This document shows positions 37,521 through 46,255 of a stretch of 64,000 nt of DNA, piece after piece; the first letter of the stretch is position 1, and every line of letters begins with the position of its first letter. The translations under genes and the position numbers were made by a program. The notes beneath the pieces were generated by a model. It did not search any database. It saw only the letters and a list, made by a program, of their open reading frames with translations, and was not told the DNA's origin. Origin of the DNA: a virus. The stretch spans positions 1-64,000 of the IMG/VR virus record IMGVR_UViG_3300045988_098233. One strand, 5' to 3'.

Positions 37521-38386
37521 GTTGTGCGGCCCTCCTCCGCGTCCATCTCCGCCGCCAGCTCCGTCCAGCTTTTCCGGGGCTTGTCCGTCCGGGATGCCGC
37601 CGGGGCGGACTTTCCTTTCCCGCTGTCCCGGCCCTCCCATGTGAGGAACTTCTGCTTCCAGTTCTTCACCGGATTCCCCTTGCTGTCCCGCCACGAGCGG
37701 CCCTGCGCGTCCGGGGTGTTAAAATACTCAAAAAACCGACGGGGGTCCACCGTGCTCTGCCGGGACGCGGCGTAGGCTTCCACCTCTTCCAGCGTGGGCG
37801 GTACGAATTTCACCGCCGTCCGCTTTCCGCTCTCCGGTGCCTTTGGCTCACTGGGGGCACCGCCCCCCATATCTTCTGAATGTAATGAAGAAGATATATC
37901 TTCTATATCTACTTCTCTTTCTTCTTCTGAAACAGCGACAGGTAGCGACTGGTCGGCATGGCGGTCGAGCGATGTGTCAGACGATTTTTCAATCAGCCGC
38001 TTTTGGCTTGCCCGCCGCTTCGCCTGATAAATCCGGTCCCGCTCCTTCTTTTTCTCGTAAGAATCTAACGTCTGGTGCTTCCCCCAATTTGGGATCGTGA
38101 TCACATCGTCTACAATCTCGATCATGTCGAACTGCTCAAAGGTCCGAAGGGCCATCCGTACAAGGCCAATGTCCCGCCGGAAGATGGACGCCAGCATTTC
38201 ATCCGTGTACGCAATGCGGTTGTTCAGAATAAACACGCCGCTGTTGTTCTGCTTCCCGGCCAGCACCAGCAATTTGAACCAGATCACGATGATGCTGTCC
38301 GCACTTGGCATGGATTCGATCATCAAAACCTTTTCATCGTCAAAAATGTCCGTGGTAATCTTGATCCACTTCACGTCACTTGCCAT
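37517..38386 (-). CDS. phage replisome organizer (N-terminal domain)
   Basis: WIKITTDIFDDEKVLMIESMPSADSIIVIWFKLLVLAGKQNNSGVF..YTDEMLASIF is the classical replisome-organizer N-terminus. Confidence 0.75.
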   Translation of the reverse strand: MASDVKWIKITTDIFDDEKVLMIESMPSADSIIVIWFKLLVLAGKQNNSGVFILNNRIAYTDEMLASIFRRDIGLVRMALRTFEQFDMIEIVDDVITIPNWGKHQTLDSYEKKKERDRIYQAKRRASQKRLIEKSSDTSLDRHADQSLPVAVSEEEREVDIEDISSSLHSEDMGGGAPSEPKAPESGKRTAVKFVPPTLEEVEAYAASRQSTVDPRRFFEYFNTPDAQGRSWRDSKGNPVKNWKQKFLTWEGRDSGKGKSAPAASRTDKPRKSWTELAAEMDAEEGRTT

Positions 38387-38404
38387 GGCTTCGCTTCATC
38401 CTTC

Positions 38405-38905
38405 CTAAATCTGCGGTACATAATCGTAGGGTTCGTCCTCTTCGGGCTGTTCCCACGGCAAAACGGCGTCCTCATGACTGTCAAGGGAACCCGCCTGACT
38501 GCCGCTGTGTTCCATGGGCTTCGCCGGTTCGGAGACGGGCGTTTTCCCGCTTCCAGCCGCCAGCAGTTCCAGCACCGCTCCCATCACCGCCTGAGGAGCC
38601 ACAAACTCCGCGTGAAGCTCGCTCCACTCCTTCTGTTCCCCGTCACGGGTGGTGTAGCTCCGGGTTTTCCACACGCCGCACACCAGAACGGCATCTCCCT
38701 TGTCCAGACACGCCGCCATGCGGGTCACGTCATCGTCCCCCACGGCGGACACGTTCATGAACTCGCCCTTGGCGTACTTCATGCCAAATTCCGCCTTCGG
38801 CGTTCCCTTGGCTGTGGTTCCGGTTTTGACTTCACGGGTGACGGTGCCGGCACACATCATGTACCGGCTCCCGTCCTCCTCCCGCGTCTTAATGGAGATC
38901 AGCAT
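38405..38905 (-). CDS. OB-fold single-stranded-DNA-binding-like protein (166 aa) with acidic C-terminal tail
   Basis: Adjacent to recT, with C-terminus ..EEDEPYDYVPQI, which resembles an SSB tail. Confidence 0.5.
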   Translation of the reverse strand: MLISIKTREEDGSRYMMCAGTVTREVKTGTTAKGTPKAEFGMKYAKGEFMNVSAVGDDDVTRMAACLDKGDAVLVCGVWKTRSYTTRDGEQKEWSELHAEFVAPQAVMGAVLELLAAGSGKTPVSEPAKPMEHSGSQAGSLDSHEDAVLPWEQPEEDEPYDYVPQI

Positions 38906-38916
38906 GTCTCCTCACC

Positions 38917-39909
38917 TCATTCCCCAAAGAAGGTGGCCGCATAGTCCATGCCCTCGTCCTGCGCCTTCTGAGTGGCCTCTGCGGTCTTTTCGACCTTGGG
39001 GGGTGTAACCATACCGGATTCGCTCTCCACAGTCTCCTGATGGGCTTCCACAGCCGCAGGCGCGGTCTCCACCACCTCTCCGGTAGATGCCACCGTGCGC
39101 TCCGGCATAGGCATATCCGGGATCATGCCCTCGTCCTCGGCGCTGGCTTCCTCCATGAGCTGGACCTTGACCTCCGGGGACAGGGGCGCGTAGCCGCTGT
39201 TCAGCAGCTGCCGCAGAATCGTCTTGCGGCACATCCGGTCCTGCCCACCGTTGGGATCGTACCAGGGGGAACCGTTCAGCAGTTTTTCCACGTCCTTGGG
39301 GTTCATTTCCCCGCTCTGCATGGCCTTGAACTTCTCATAGCTGAACGCCTTGGAGTACCGGTCCGCATGGCGCAGGAGCCGGTCCATGGGCCAGTATTCA
39401 AAGCGGAAAGTGCCGTCCTTCAGCTCGTAGTAGCCGTAGTAGCCGATAATGGGCTTGCTCTGCCGTTCCTCGTCGCTCTCGTACTTGGCAAGGTTCACGA
39501 TGGGCTTACCGGTCCGACGGCTCCGCCCCTCGATCTCGCCCTCACGAATGTCCGTGCAGTCAATGTCTGCATAAAACCCGGTGGACATGGCAAGCTGGAT
39601 GTAGCCCTTGTAGCCCAAAATGTACGTTGCAGTAGTCCCATAGGGCACCACATAGTAGCCGTGGCCGAAGATCAGGCCCATGCCCTCGCCCCGAAGCGCC
39701 GCCGCCACAATGGTGCTGGGTTCACAGTTTTTCAGCTGTTCACTGGCATTCACGGCGGAGATCAGCGTGGAGGTCAGCCGCGCCGCCGCCTTGTCGCTCC
39801 GCAGAGCGCTCTGGATCATCTTCTGCATACTGGGGGCCGCGATAGCCATGGAAAACGTGGGCTTGTTGTCCCGTTGGGCCTGGGGCGCAAAGCTGTTTGT
39901 TGCCTTCAT
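38917..39909 (-). CDS. recT: RecT-family single-strand annealing recombinase
   Basis: 330 aa with RecT-like core regions (..CEPSTIVAAALRGEGMGL..GYYVVPYG..GYKGYIQLA..), next to a YqaJ exonuclease module. Confidence 0.75.
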   Translation of the reverse strand: MKATNSFAPQAQRDNKPTFSMAIAAPSMQKMIQSALRSDKAAARLTSTLISAVNASEQLKNCEPSTIVAAALRGEGMGLIFGHGYYVVPYGTTATYILGYKGYIQLAMSTGFYADIDCTDIREGEIEGRSRRTGKPIVNLAKYESDEERQSKPIIGYYGYYELKDGTFRFEYWPMDRLLRHADRYSKAFSYEKFKAMQSGEMNPKDVEKLLNGSPWYDPNGGQDRMCRKTILRQLLNSGYAPLSPEVKVQLMEEASAEDEGMIPDMPMPERTVASTGEVVETAPAAVEAHQETVESESGMVTPPKVEKTAEATQKAQDEGMDYAATFFGE

Positions 39910-39928
39910 GTCAAAATTCCTCCCTTAT

Positions 39929-40846
39929 TCAGTCCGCGCGGCCAAAGGCAATGCCGTTGGCCAGCATATAATCCCGCAGTCCGTTCAGCTGCTCCACAGT
40001 GCCTGTCACCCGGAACGAAAGCGTAATGAGAGGCGGTTCCATTGCGGCTTTCACCGCCGCTTTTACCGGCTCCGAAACGGACGGGCTTGTCTGAATGGCT
40101 CTGGCCGCTTCCACGACGGCCTGCAACCGCTCCGCTTTGGCGGCTTCCTCCGCCGCCCGCGCAGCCTCGGCCTGCTGTCTGCGCTGTTCCTGTTCCGCCT
40201 TCCGCTGTTCCTCGATCTCCTTCACCCGCTTGAGCGCCTGATCCTTTTTCAGCACCGTGGGCAGATCGTGACACTGCTTGTACTCTTCCAGCAAGGTTGT
40301 CTCGAACTCGCTGTTCAGCCCGCGGATGGCGGCAATACTGCTGTCGCACTTGCTGATCGCCACTAAAATGTCCTTGTGGGCCTGTTCCTCGGAATAGGTG
40401 GCGTTGCCCCACCGCTTGTCCAGAACCGCTTCCCACGGGAGAAATTCCGCAAGCTCTCCGATGCGCTCATCAAAAAAGGTCCGGATAGCGTCCAGCTTCT
40501 CCGTGCGGCGCCGCTCGTCGAAGGCTTTGATCTGGCCGTCCAGATTGGCGGCAGATTCGTCGCACAGGGCTGTCAGTGCCTTGCACTTCCCCTCAAAGGG
40601 TGCGTAGCTTGCCAGCGCCGCCGCCTTTGCCATCTTGCGGCACTCGTCGATGCGTGCGGCCACGGAGCGGATGCTGGCCCGGTACTTCTTTGCCGCGCCG
40701 ATAGCCTCCTCCGTCACCACCATGCCCCGGTATGGAGCCAGATTCTCTTCCAGCCACTCCTGACACTCCGCAAAGTTGGCGGAGATGTTAAACTCCTTCA
40801 GCGGAGTAAGATCCGTGGTAATGGCAAATTCCATTGCGCTGCTCAT
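39929..40846 (-). CDS. DUF1351-family phage protein (305 aa)
   Basis: The N-terminal pattern (..NISANFAECQEWLEENLAPYRGMVVTEEAIGAAKKYRASIR..) is typical of DUF1351 proteins found next to RecT. Confidence 0.65.
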   Translation of the reverse strand: MSSAMEFAITTDLTPLKEFNISANFAECQEWLEENLAPYRGMVVTEEAIGAAKKYRASIRSVAARIDECRKMAKAAALASYAPFEGKCKALTALCDESAANLDGQIKAFDERRRTEKLDAIRTFFDERIGELAEFLPWEAVLDKRWGNATYSEEQAHKDILVAISKCDSSIAAIRGLNSEFETTLLEEYKQCHDLPTVLKKDQALKRVKEIEEQRKAEQEQRRQQAEAARAAEEAAKAERLQAVVEAARAIQTSPSVSEPVKAAVKAAMEPPLITLSFRVTGTVEQLNGLRDYMLANGIAFGRAD

Positions 40847-41091
40847 GCGTCCGCGTCCTCCTTTTCCCCGGTGTCATAGGCCGTGATCTCCTTCAGCAGC
40901 GGCATGATCCGCTCGTCCACACGGCTCTCCGGCACGTTGATCTCCACCACCATGGCCCGCTTGTCTCCGCCCTGCGTGGGAGCCATCACCTTGTCCCCCA
41001 CCGTCAGGGGCAGTGCCGTCCGGTAGGTAAATGCGTTCCCTGCGTATGCCTTGTGCAGGGGCTTATAATAGCGAATGTTTACCAGCATCAT
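40843..41091 (-). CDS. hypothetical protein (82 aa)
   Basis: ORF translationally coupled to its neighbours. Confidence 0.5.
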   Translation of the reverse strand: MMLVNIRYYKPLHKAYAGNAFTYRTALPLTVGDKVMAPTQGGDKRAMVVEINVPESRVDERIMPLLKEITAYDTGEKEDADA

Positions 41092-41372
41092 GCCTGCGCC
41101 TCCTTGTCATCGTCCTCTTCTGTGCAGGGAATGATCGACAGAAAAAGTGCCAAAACTGGGAATTTTCTGCAAATACGCTTGACCTCAAGCAATGTCCGGC
41201 GAATCAGATTCACCAGCACATTTGCGTTGGAGGTGGAAATGGCGCTGCATACCTGTGAATTCGCATCGTCCACAGCTACGCAGATAAACGCCGCAGGGGT
41301 TTTGTCCATCAAAACCTCGCCGGTTTTGATGTTCCTCACCGTGATGTGAACCTCGTTCTTTTCCATATTCAT
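41088..41372 (-). CDS. hypothetical protein (94 aa)
   Basis: ORF in the operon. Confidence 0.5.
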   Translation of the reverse strand: MNMEKNEVHITVRNIKTGEVLMDKTPAAFICVAVDDANSQVCSAISTSNANVLVNLIRRTLLEVKRICRKFPVLALFLSIIPCTEEDDDKEAQA

Positions 41373-41411
41373 GTCTCCTCGTCTTTCTTAAATTTTTCGG
41401 AGTTGTGCGCC

Positions 41412-42059
41412 TTACAAAATCAAAGTCTGGGCGGGCATCGTCCCCGCCTCCACATGGTCCCAAAAGGCCGTCTCCTGTTCCAGCAGCCATTTCAGGTCCG
41501 CCTCGTGCTCCCGCCGCTCAAAGTCATAGCGGCGCAGTGTGATGTTGCCGGACAGATCATAGAGCGCCGCATAGAGCACGGCGAAGTCATACCCGGTGGC
41601 AAGCAGCTGGTGAAGGATCTGCGTGAAATAGTTCTCAGGAACCTGATCCCGCCATTTCGCCCAGTCAATCCCCCGGCTCACCGTCGAGGTTTTGATCTCC
41701 AAAATACCCTTCCGTCCGGTGTCCGTCTCCGTCAGTTCTCCATCCAGCGTGGCAAAAAGCCATGGGCGGTCGCTCTGGTAGAGAATGTCATAGGCACCGT
41801 AGTAAAGCTCGTAGCCGGGATACTGGGCCATGAAGAAGTCCCGGATGGCCGGTTCCATTCGCCGCCCCAGCTCCACGGCCTCGTTGCCGCCGAGATCAGG
41901 CGCGGCTTGCGCCCCGGTTTTCTCCTTCCACAGCGTCAGCGCCGTTTTCCATGGGCTTCGCCCAATGGCCGCCGCCGCCTCGCTGCCGCCGATGCCACGG
42001 CACCGTCCTGTCAGCCATTGCGGCCGGTCCGGGAAAGTCAGTCGTACCAACTCACCCAT
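41412..42059 (-). CDS. YqaJ-like viral recombinase exonuclease
   Basis: ..GIGGSEAAAAIGRSPWKTALTLWKEKTG.. and ..ILEIKT.. are motifs of lambda-exonuclease/YqaJ-fold proteins. Confidence 0.8.
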   Translation of the reverse strand: MGELVRLTFPDRPQWLTGRCRGIGGSEAAAAIGRSPWKTALTLWKEKTGAQAAPDLGGNEAVELGRRMEPAIRDFFMAQYPGYELYYGAYDILYQSDRPWLFATLDGELTETDTGRKGILEIKTSTVSRGIDWAKWRDQVPENYFTQILHQLLATGYDFAVLYAALYDLSGNITLRRYDFERREHEADLKWLLEQETAFWDHVEAGTMPAQTLIL

Positions 42060-42792
42060 TTTTCAGTTCCTCCCAATACCCCATCACGGTTCTGGCATAA
42101 TCGCTGTGCCCCGGATGGCCGCTGTTGTAGGCCGTCAAGGCGTTCTCTACGTCATACCGGCTCAAAAGCTCCGCCATGTAGTCGCAGGCCACCCGGAAAT
42201 TTCCAAAGGGGTCCATCAGGTCTGTGACCCCCAGCCGCTCCATCCGGGCCTTATGCCACCGGGGCTGTACCTGGCAGTAGCCCCAACTGGCTCCGCCGTC
42301 CCCCTTCACGTTCCGGTAGCCGGTCTCCTTGCGGATGATCGCCAGCATCAGCGTGTACTCCACGCCGCTTTCCTCGCAGGCCGCCCGGAGATAGCTTTGC
42401 AGGTCTCCGTCCAGCGGAACATCCGCCCGGAAGTAGCCGCTGTCAAACAGCGCCGCTTCGATCTTCTCGTTCTCGTAGTCCTCCTGAACCGGCGGGGCTG
42501 TCTCCGGATCCAGCTCCTGCCAGAGGACAAGTGAGGCGTACTCCACCGCCGGTGTCTCGTCCCCGGCCAGCCGTCCCGCCGTCACGGTGGGCGCCTCCGG
42601 CTCCGGCTTCCCGGTCTCCCGCGTCAGCCACAGTGCTGCCAGCACCAGCGCCACAGACACCCACAGCAGAACCGCTCTGCGGATGGCCTTCCGCCTCCGC
42701 TCCGCAGCTTCCCGCCGTGCCACGTGAAGGGCGTTTTCCAAGTGGGCTTCCCACGCGGCCTCCGCCTCGTATTCCTCAAAGGTTTTCATCAA
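42052..42792 (-). CDS. membrane-anchored lytic transglycosylase (SLT domain)
   Basis: N-terminal TM helix (VLLWVSVALVLAALWL) and an SLT-like C-terminus (..AIIRKETGY..WGYCQVQPRWH..). Confidence 0.7.
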   Translation of the reverse strand: MMKTFEEYEAEAAWEAHLENALHVARREAAERRRKAIRRAVLLWVSVALVLAALWLTRETGKPEPEAPTVTAGRLAGDETPAVEYASLVLWQELDPETAPPVQEDYENEKIEAALFDSGYFRADVPLDGDLQSYLRAACEESGVEYTLMLAIIRKETGYRNVKGDGGASWGYCQVQPRWHKARMERLGVTDLMDPFGNFRVACDYMAELLSRYDVENALTAYNSGHPGHSDYARTVMGYWEELKNG

Positions 42793-42811
42793 ATTTCCGT
42801 CTCCTTACAGC

Positions 42812-42897
42812 AAAAACAAAAAGCGCCGCCGAATAGACACCGGTCTCCCGGTTCCATCAGCAACGCTCTGCTCCTCTGCCCCAACGCTTAGGGACAG
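42812..42897 (-). terminator. conserved hairpin (loop UAAGCGUU) plus intrinsic terminator module, copy 3
   Basis: Sense strand reads CUGUCCC-UAAGCGUU-GGGGCAG, then AGGAGCAGAGCG, leading into a terminator stem followed by a U tract. Confidence 0.55.
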
Positions 42898-42923
42898 GCA
42901 TCTCATTCACTTTTCCCATAGGC

Positions 42924-43064
42924 TTACTTGATCTCGTCCCGCCGGACGCGGATTACCTTCACACCGTCCTTCACCGGGATCAGCTCCACCCGGTCTCCGT
43001 GGGCCAGTGCCTTTTCAATGGCTTCCAGCGTCTTGGCGCTGACATACTTTGTTCCCTGTATCAT
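42924..43064 (-). CDS. small hypothetical protein (46 aa from MIQGTKY)
   Basis: GAAAGGAG RBS. Confidence 0.4.
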   Translation of the reverse strand: MIQGTKYVSAKTLEAIEKALAHGDRVELIPVKDGVKVIRVRRDEIK

Positions 43065-43080
43065 GGTTTCCCGACTCCTT

Positions 43081-43320
43081 TCAGTAGCGGATGGCATCCC
43101 GCAGCTCCTCAATGGGAATGTCCAGCGCCCGCCCCAGCTTCAATAGTTCCTTCAGCGAAAAATCCTGCGGTGACTTCTTCCGCGACCGTAGGGTCTGCGG
43201 CGTCATGCCCGCTTTCTCCGCCATGGTGCCGATCGGCATCCCCATGGCGGCCTGTCTGCCCCACAGCAGAGAGATCAAAACCTCGTCATTGGGCTTCCGC
43301 CCCAGCTTTACCCGCGGCAT
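43081..43320 (-). CDS. helix-turn-helix DNA-binding protein (79 aa)
   Basis: ..MPIGTMAEKAGMTPQTLRSRKKSP..LKELLKLGRALDIPIEEL.. is an HTH-like region. Confidence 0.55.
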   Translation of the reverse strand: MPRVKLGRKPNDEVLISLLWGRQAAMGMPIGTMAEKAGMTPQTLRSRKKSPQDFSLKELLKLGRALDIPIEELRDAIRY

Positions 43321-43340
43321 CCCGCCGCCTCCTTTCGTGG

Positions 43341-43622
43341 TTAGTAATCAACTGAATCAGGCTGATTGGTTCCATTCCTAAGTCCAGTTATATAGTTGCG
43401 AACCGCAATCGCCAACTCCAACAAGGAGTTGCACTTTAGGGCTGAAACCTCACATGTGGCTTCAATCAGAATCTCTTCTGCCGAGTCATATTCCCCAATT
43501 CGAGCAAAAGTGGAGGCATCTGCCAACTTGCTTGCAACCTTGCCAAACTTTGCAAACTGCTGTTCCAAGGTTAACCCATCAAACGCAGAACTCCAAAAAA
43601 CGTTTATATCCTTATCTGCCAT
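43341..43622 (-). CDS. hypothetical protein (93 aa)
   Basis: Start at MADKDINV with GAGGGG upstream. Confidence 0.45.
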   Translation of the reverse strand: MADKDINVFWSSAFDGLTLEQQFAKFGKVASKLADASTFARIGEYDSAEEILIEATCEVSALKCNSLLELAIAVRNYITGLRNGTNQPDSVDY

Positions 43623-44424
43623 GGTTTGCCCCTCTGGTTTCACAGCTTTTTTCTCCAAGAAACTTGTTCACGAAATAGATCTGCGCTTTTGGGGTTACTT
43701 TGACGGTCTTGCTCACCGTCACCGTCCCGTCCGCATGGGTGATCGCCGTTTCCTTGATAGTGAAAAGGCCCATCTCCATACTCCGCTGCGTGGGCATATT
43801 GTAGTCCGAACCGGAGCGTCTAATGAGATACCCGTTTTCCCGCATCCAGCGGAACAATCTCGTCCCTCCAATGTCCACGCCGTTCTGCCGGAGCAGTTTT
43901 GCCAACTCCCCAACAAGGATAGAGGTGTTGGACGCCGCCACGCTGTCCGCAAACAACACTTTAGGCCGGTTCTCTTCCGCCTTGGCTTCCAGCACCCGGC
44001 GCTTCTGCCGTTCCTCCTTCAAGGTGGTCGCAAGCTGGATGATGTAGTCCGGGTCAGTCAGCGTCCGTTCGATCACGTCCGGCGTCATGTAGGCCCCATG
44101 TTTGCGGATGATGGGGATCACCTCATGCGTAATCCAATGCTTAAACTTCTTCGCATTCGGAAGTTTGCTGGACAATACCAGTGAATAAAGGCCGCTTTCA
44201 TTGATAATCCATCCGCCGCGTTGCCCGAGGTTTAAATTCAAACTCGATAACGATTCGTTATTGAGTTTATCTTCTGCATCCACATGGTCTGATAGCGCCT
44301 TGCTTGGATTTGCATATCCGAGAATTTCTGCCACATCCTTACCTACGAACCAAGGCTCCCCATCCATTTCAATGATCCTGATCTCCCCAAACTCCGGGTT
44401 ATTGAAAATCTGCAATTCATTCAT
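43612..44424 (-). CDS. phage antirepressor (Bro-N plus KilAC/ANT domains)
   Basis: MNELQIFNNPEFGEIRIIEMDGEPWFVGKDVAEILGY..SKALSDHV.. matches Bro-N. The C-terminal half resembles an ANT domain. Confidence 0.8.
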   Translation of the reverse strand: MNELQIFNNPEFGEIRIIEMDGEPWFVGKDVAEILGYANPSKALSDHVDAEDKLNNESLSSLNLNLGQRGGWIINESGLYSLVLSSKLPNAKKFKHWITHEVIPIIRKHGAYMTPDVIERTLTDPDYIIQLATTLKEERQKRRVLEAKAEENRPKVLFADSVAASNTSILVGELAKLLRQNGVDIGGTRLFRWMRENGYLIRRSGSDYNMPTQRSMEMGLFTIKETAITHADGTVTVSKTVKVTPKAQIYFVNKFLGEKSCETRGANHGR

Positions 44425-44629
44425 TTTCAGTAACCTCCTGTGCGGCTTTCTCAATCAGTCTATCAAGCGCCGCCCGCAGCTTCGCCTCCGCTTTCGGCGC
44501 GTCCGTGTCCTGATTGAGCACGGTGCTAATGTACTTAGGGTTCATACCAGCCTCCGCCGCAACCTCTTTGATCGTCAATCCGGCGTTGTGGATCTTCCCC
44601 ACCAACTCGCCGGTCCATTTTGCAGGCAT
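44417..44629 (-). CDS. Cro-like HTH regulator (70 aa)
   Basis: First gene of the early leftward operon, divergent from the repressor gene, containing ..GLTIKEVAAEAGMNPKYISTVLN.. Confidence 0.6.
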   Translation of the reverse strand: MPAKWTGELVGKIHNAGLTIKEVAAEAGMNPKYISTVLNQDTDAPKAEAKLRAALDRLIEKAAQEVTENE

Positions 44630-44656
44630 TAAATCTTACCTCCTTCATCAAAAATG

Positions 44657-44685
44657 TTGACTTTGGTTAGATTCCATGTTATGAT
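44657..44685 (+). promoter_or_regulatory. sigma-70-type promoter (TTGACT-17-TATGAT) reading toward the repressor gene
   Basis: Hexamers at 44657-44662 and 44680-44685. Overlaps TTTGGTTAG operator-like repeats. Confidence 0.5.
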
Positions 44686-44760
44686 GCAAGTGACCAAACC
44701 AGCAAAATCCATCAACCTAACCGCCGTCAAATTAACTGACCAAAATCAGTTTATACACTT

Positions 44761-44789
44761 ATAGTACCTGACTGCGGTCAGATTGTCAA
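44761..44789 (-). promoter_or_regulatory. sigma-70-type promoter (TTGACA-17-TACTAT) reading toward the cro-like operon
   Basis: Reverse complements of 44784-44789 and 44761-44766. Lies face-to-face with the plus-strand promoter. Confidence 0.45.
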
Positions 44790-44849
44790 CCTGTTTTTTC
44801 TGATTTTGGTTAGTTTCGGCATAATGATCAAAATCAGGGGGCAAGACTT

Positions 44850-45368
44850 ATGTTTTATGACAGATTTAAACTGCTGTGCAAGCGGAAAGGCATTTCCTGT
44901 ACGAAAGCAGCTACGGAAAATGGTTTCAGCAACTCTACGCCGACTAAGTGGAAAAAGACGGCCGCCACGCCGGAGGGTTCTACCATTTCCGTTTTTGCCG
45001 ATTACTTTAAAGTCCCCGTAGAATATTTGATGGGCTTAACCACACAATCTCAAATCGACGAATACACTTTCCGCTTGGCGGAGCTGGAAAAAGCGTTGAA
45101 AACCGCCACGGAGGAAGATGCGGACAAAATTGCGCTGGAAATCGACGTCCTGCGGGAATCCCTCAACGACCTGACCTTTAGCCAGAACATCGAGGCTGCG
45201 GCTGACCGTCAGGCCAAAAAAAATACCCGCCCCGCCAAAAGCGGGACGGGCAGTGGTTACGCAAAAGCCATCTATGAATTTGTCGATTCCTGCGGAGAGG
45301 ATCAGTTATCCGACCTTGCGCAGTACGTTGAGTTTTTGAAAAGCCGTCAGGGGAAGCCTACTACCTGA
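44850..45368 (+). CDS. CI-like phage repressor (XRE HTH, 172 aa)
   Basis: MFYDRFKLLCKRKGISCTKAATENGFSNSTPTKWKK.. is an HTH. The gene is divergent from the early operon and near the integrase. Confidence 0.75.
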   Translation: MFYDRFKLLCKRKGISCTKAATENGFSNSTPTKWKKTAATPEGSTISVFADYFKVPVEYLMGLTTQSQIDEYTFRLAELEKALKTATEEDADKIALEIDVLRESLNDLTFSQNIEAAADRQAKKNTRPAKSGTGSGYAKAIYEFVDSCGEDQLSDLAQYVEFLKSRQGKPTT

Positions 45369-45376
45369 TTCCCAGT

Positions 45377-45517
45377 TTACTTCGGTGCGCCGAACGCCCC
45401 GCATTGAATGGCTTCCCACAGCTTTTTCATGCTTTCATCCGACAGTCCTTTGATCTGGTGCTTCAATTTCTCACGGAGACCCGCGTCGGTATGAAGGTCC
45501 GCTTCTGTTGATTCCAT
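45377..45517 (-). CDS. possible small ORF (46 aa); doubtful
   Basis: Only a weak, distant RBS. Lies between the repressor gene and a plus-strand terminator. Confidence 0.2.
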   Translation of the reverse strand: MESTEADLHTDAGLREKLKHQIKGLSDESMKKLWEAIQCGAFGAPK

Positions 45518-45622
45518 TTCTACACATACAAGTCCTTTCTCCCCATCCTTTCCGTTTTTTCTTCCGCCCCCCTGAAGCTGTGATGGAGAGCCGCCGCCCC
45601 AGCCACGAAAGCGGCGGCCCAT

Positions 45623-45663
45623 AGCAGACCCGCCGCTTGGGGGTGCGGTAGGTCTGCTTTTAT
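45623..45663 (+). terminator. rho-independent terminator
   Basis: 8-bp stem AGCAGACC/GGUCUGCU followed by UUUUAU. Confidence 0.5.
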
Positions 45664-45782
45664 CGTACCATCAAAGCCTCAAGTTTGATAGTCTTAATAC
45701 ACACGATTTCGGTGTTGATACACACAATTCCGATTGCTATTTCGCACATTTTGTCAATTTTCAACAAGGAGGTACTCTATGT

Positions 45783-46235
45783 ATGCTGTCATTGATTGAC
45801 CAGTGCCGCGCGGTAAAAGAAGAAAAACACATCACAAACAAGGAAATCGCGGACGGCAGCGGAGTTCCTCTCAACACGGTGAACAATATGTTCCGTGCCA
45901 CCACCCATTCCCCTACGTTGGAAACTCTCGGCCCCATCTGCGTTTTCCTCGGAATTTCCATTGACCAGTTTTTAGGGATGAAACCAACGGAAGATTCTCC
46001 GCCACCGGAAACCATAGAGGAAATCGTAAACCGGGAACTGGATGTCTACCGTCAGGAGATCAACGGCCTGAACGCCCAGAACGAACTTCTCCGGGAATTT
46101 GTGGAACGTCAGTCCCGCGGCATCCGCAACCGGGACCGTCTTTTGCGATGGATGTTGGTCCTTTTGATCTTCGTCGTGGCTTACGCCGTTTATCTGGACC
46201 TGCACTGTCTGGAATTTGGGTTCTTCCACGGCTGA
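45783..46235 (+). CDS. XRE-HTH protein with C-terminal transmembrane helix (150 aa)
   Basis: HTH ..ITNKEIADGSGVPLNTVNNMFRATTHSPTLETLGPICVFLGISIDQFLG.. and TM segment LLRWMLVLLIFVVAYAVYL. Confidence 0.65.
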   Translation: MLSLIDQCRAVKEEKHITNKEIADGSGVPLNTVNNMFRATTHSPTLETLGPICVFLGISIDQFLGMKPTEDSPPPETIEEIVNRELDVYRQEINGLNAQNELLREFVERQSRGIRNRDRLLRWMLVLLIFVVAYAVYLDLHCLEFGFFHG

Positions 46236-46255
46236 TACACACGGGAGGTGTGCGC

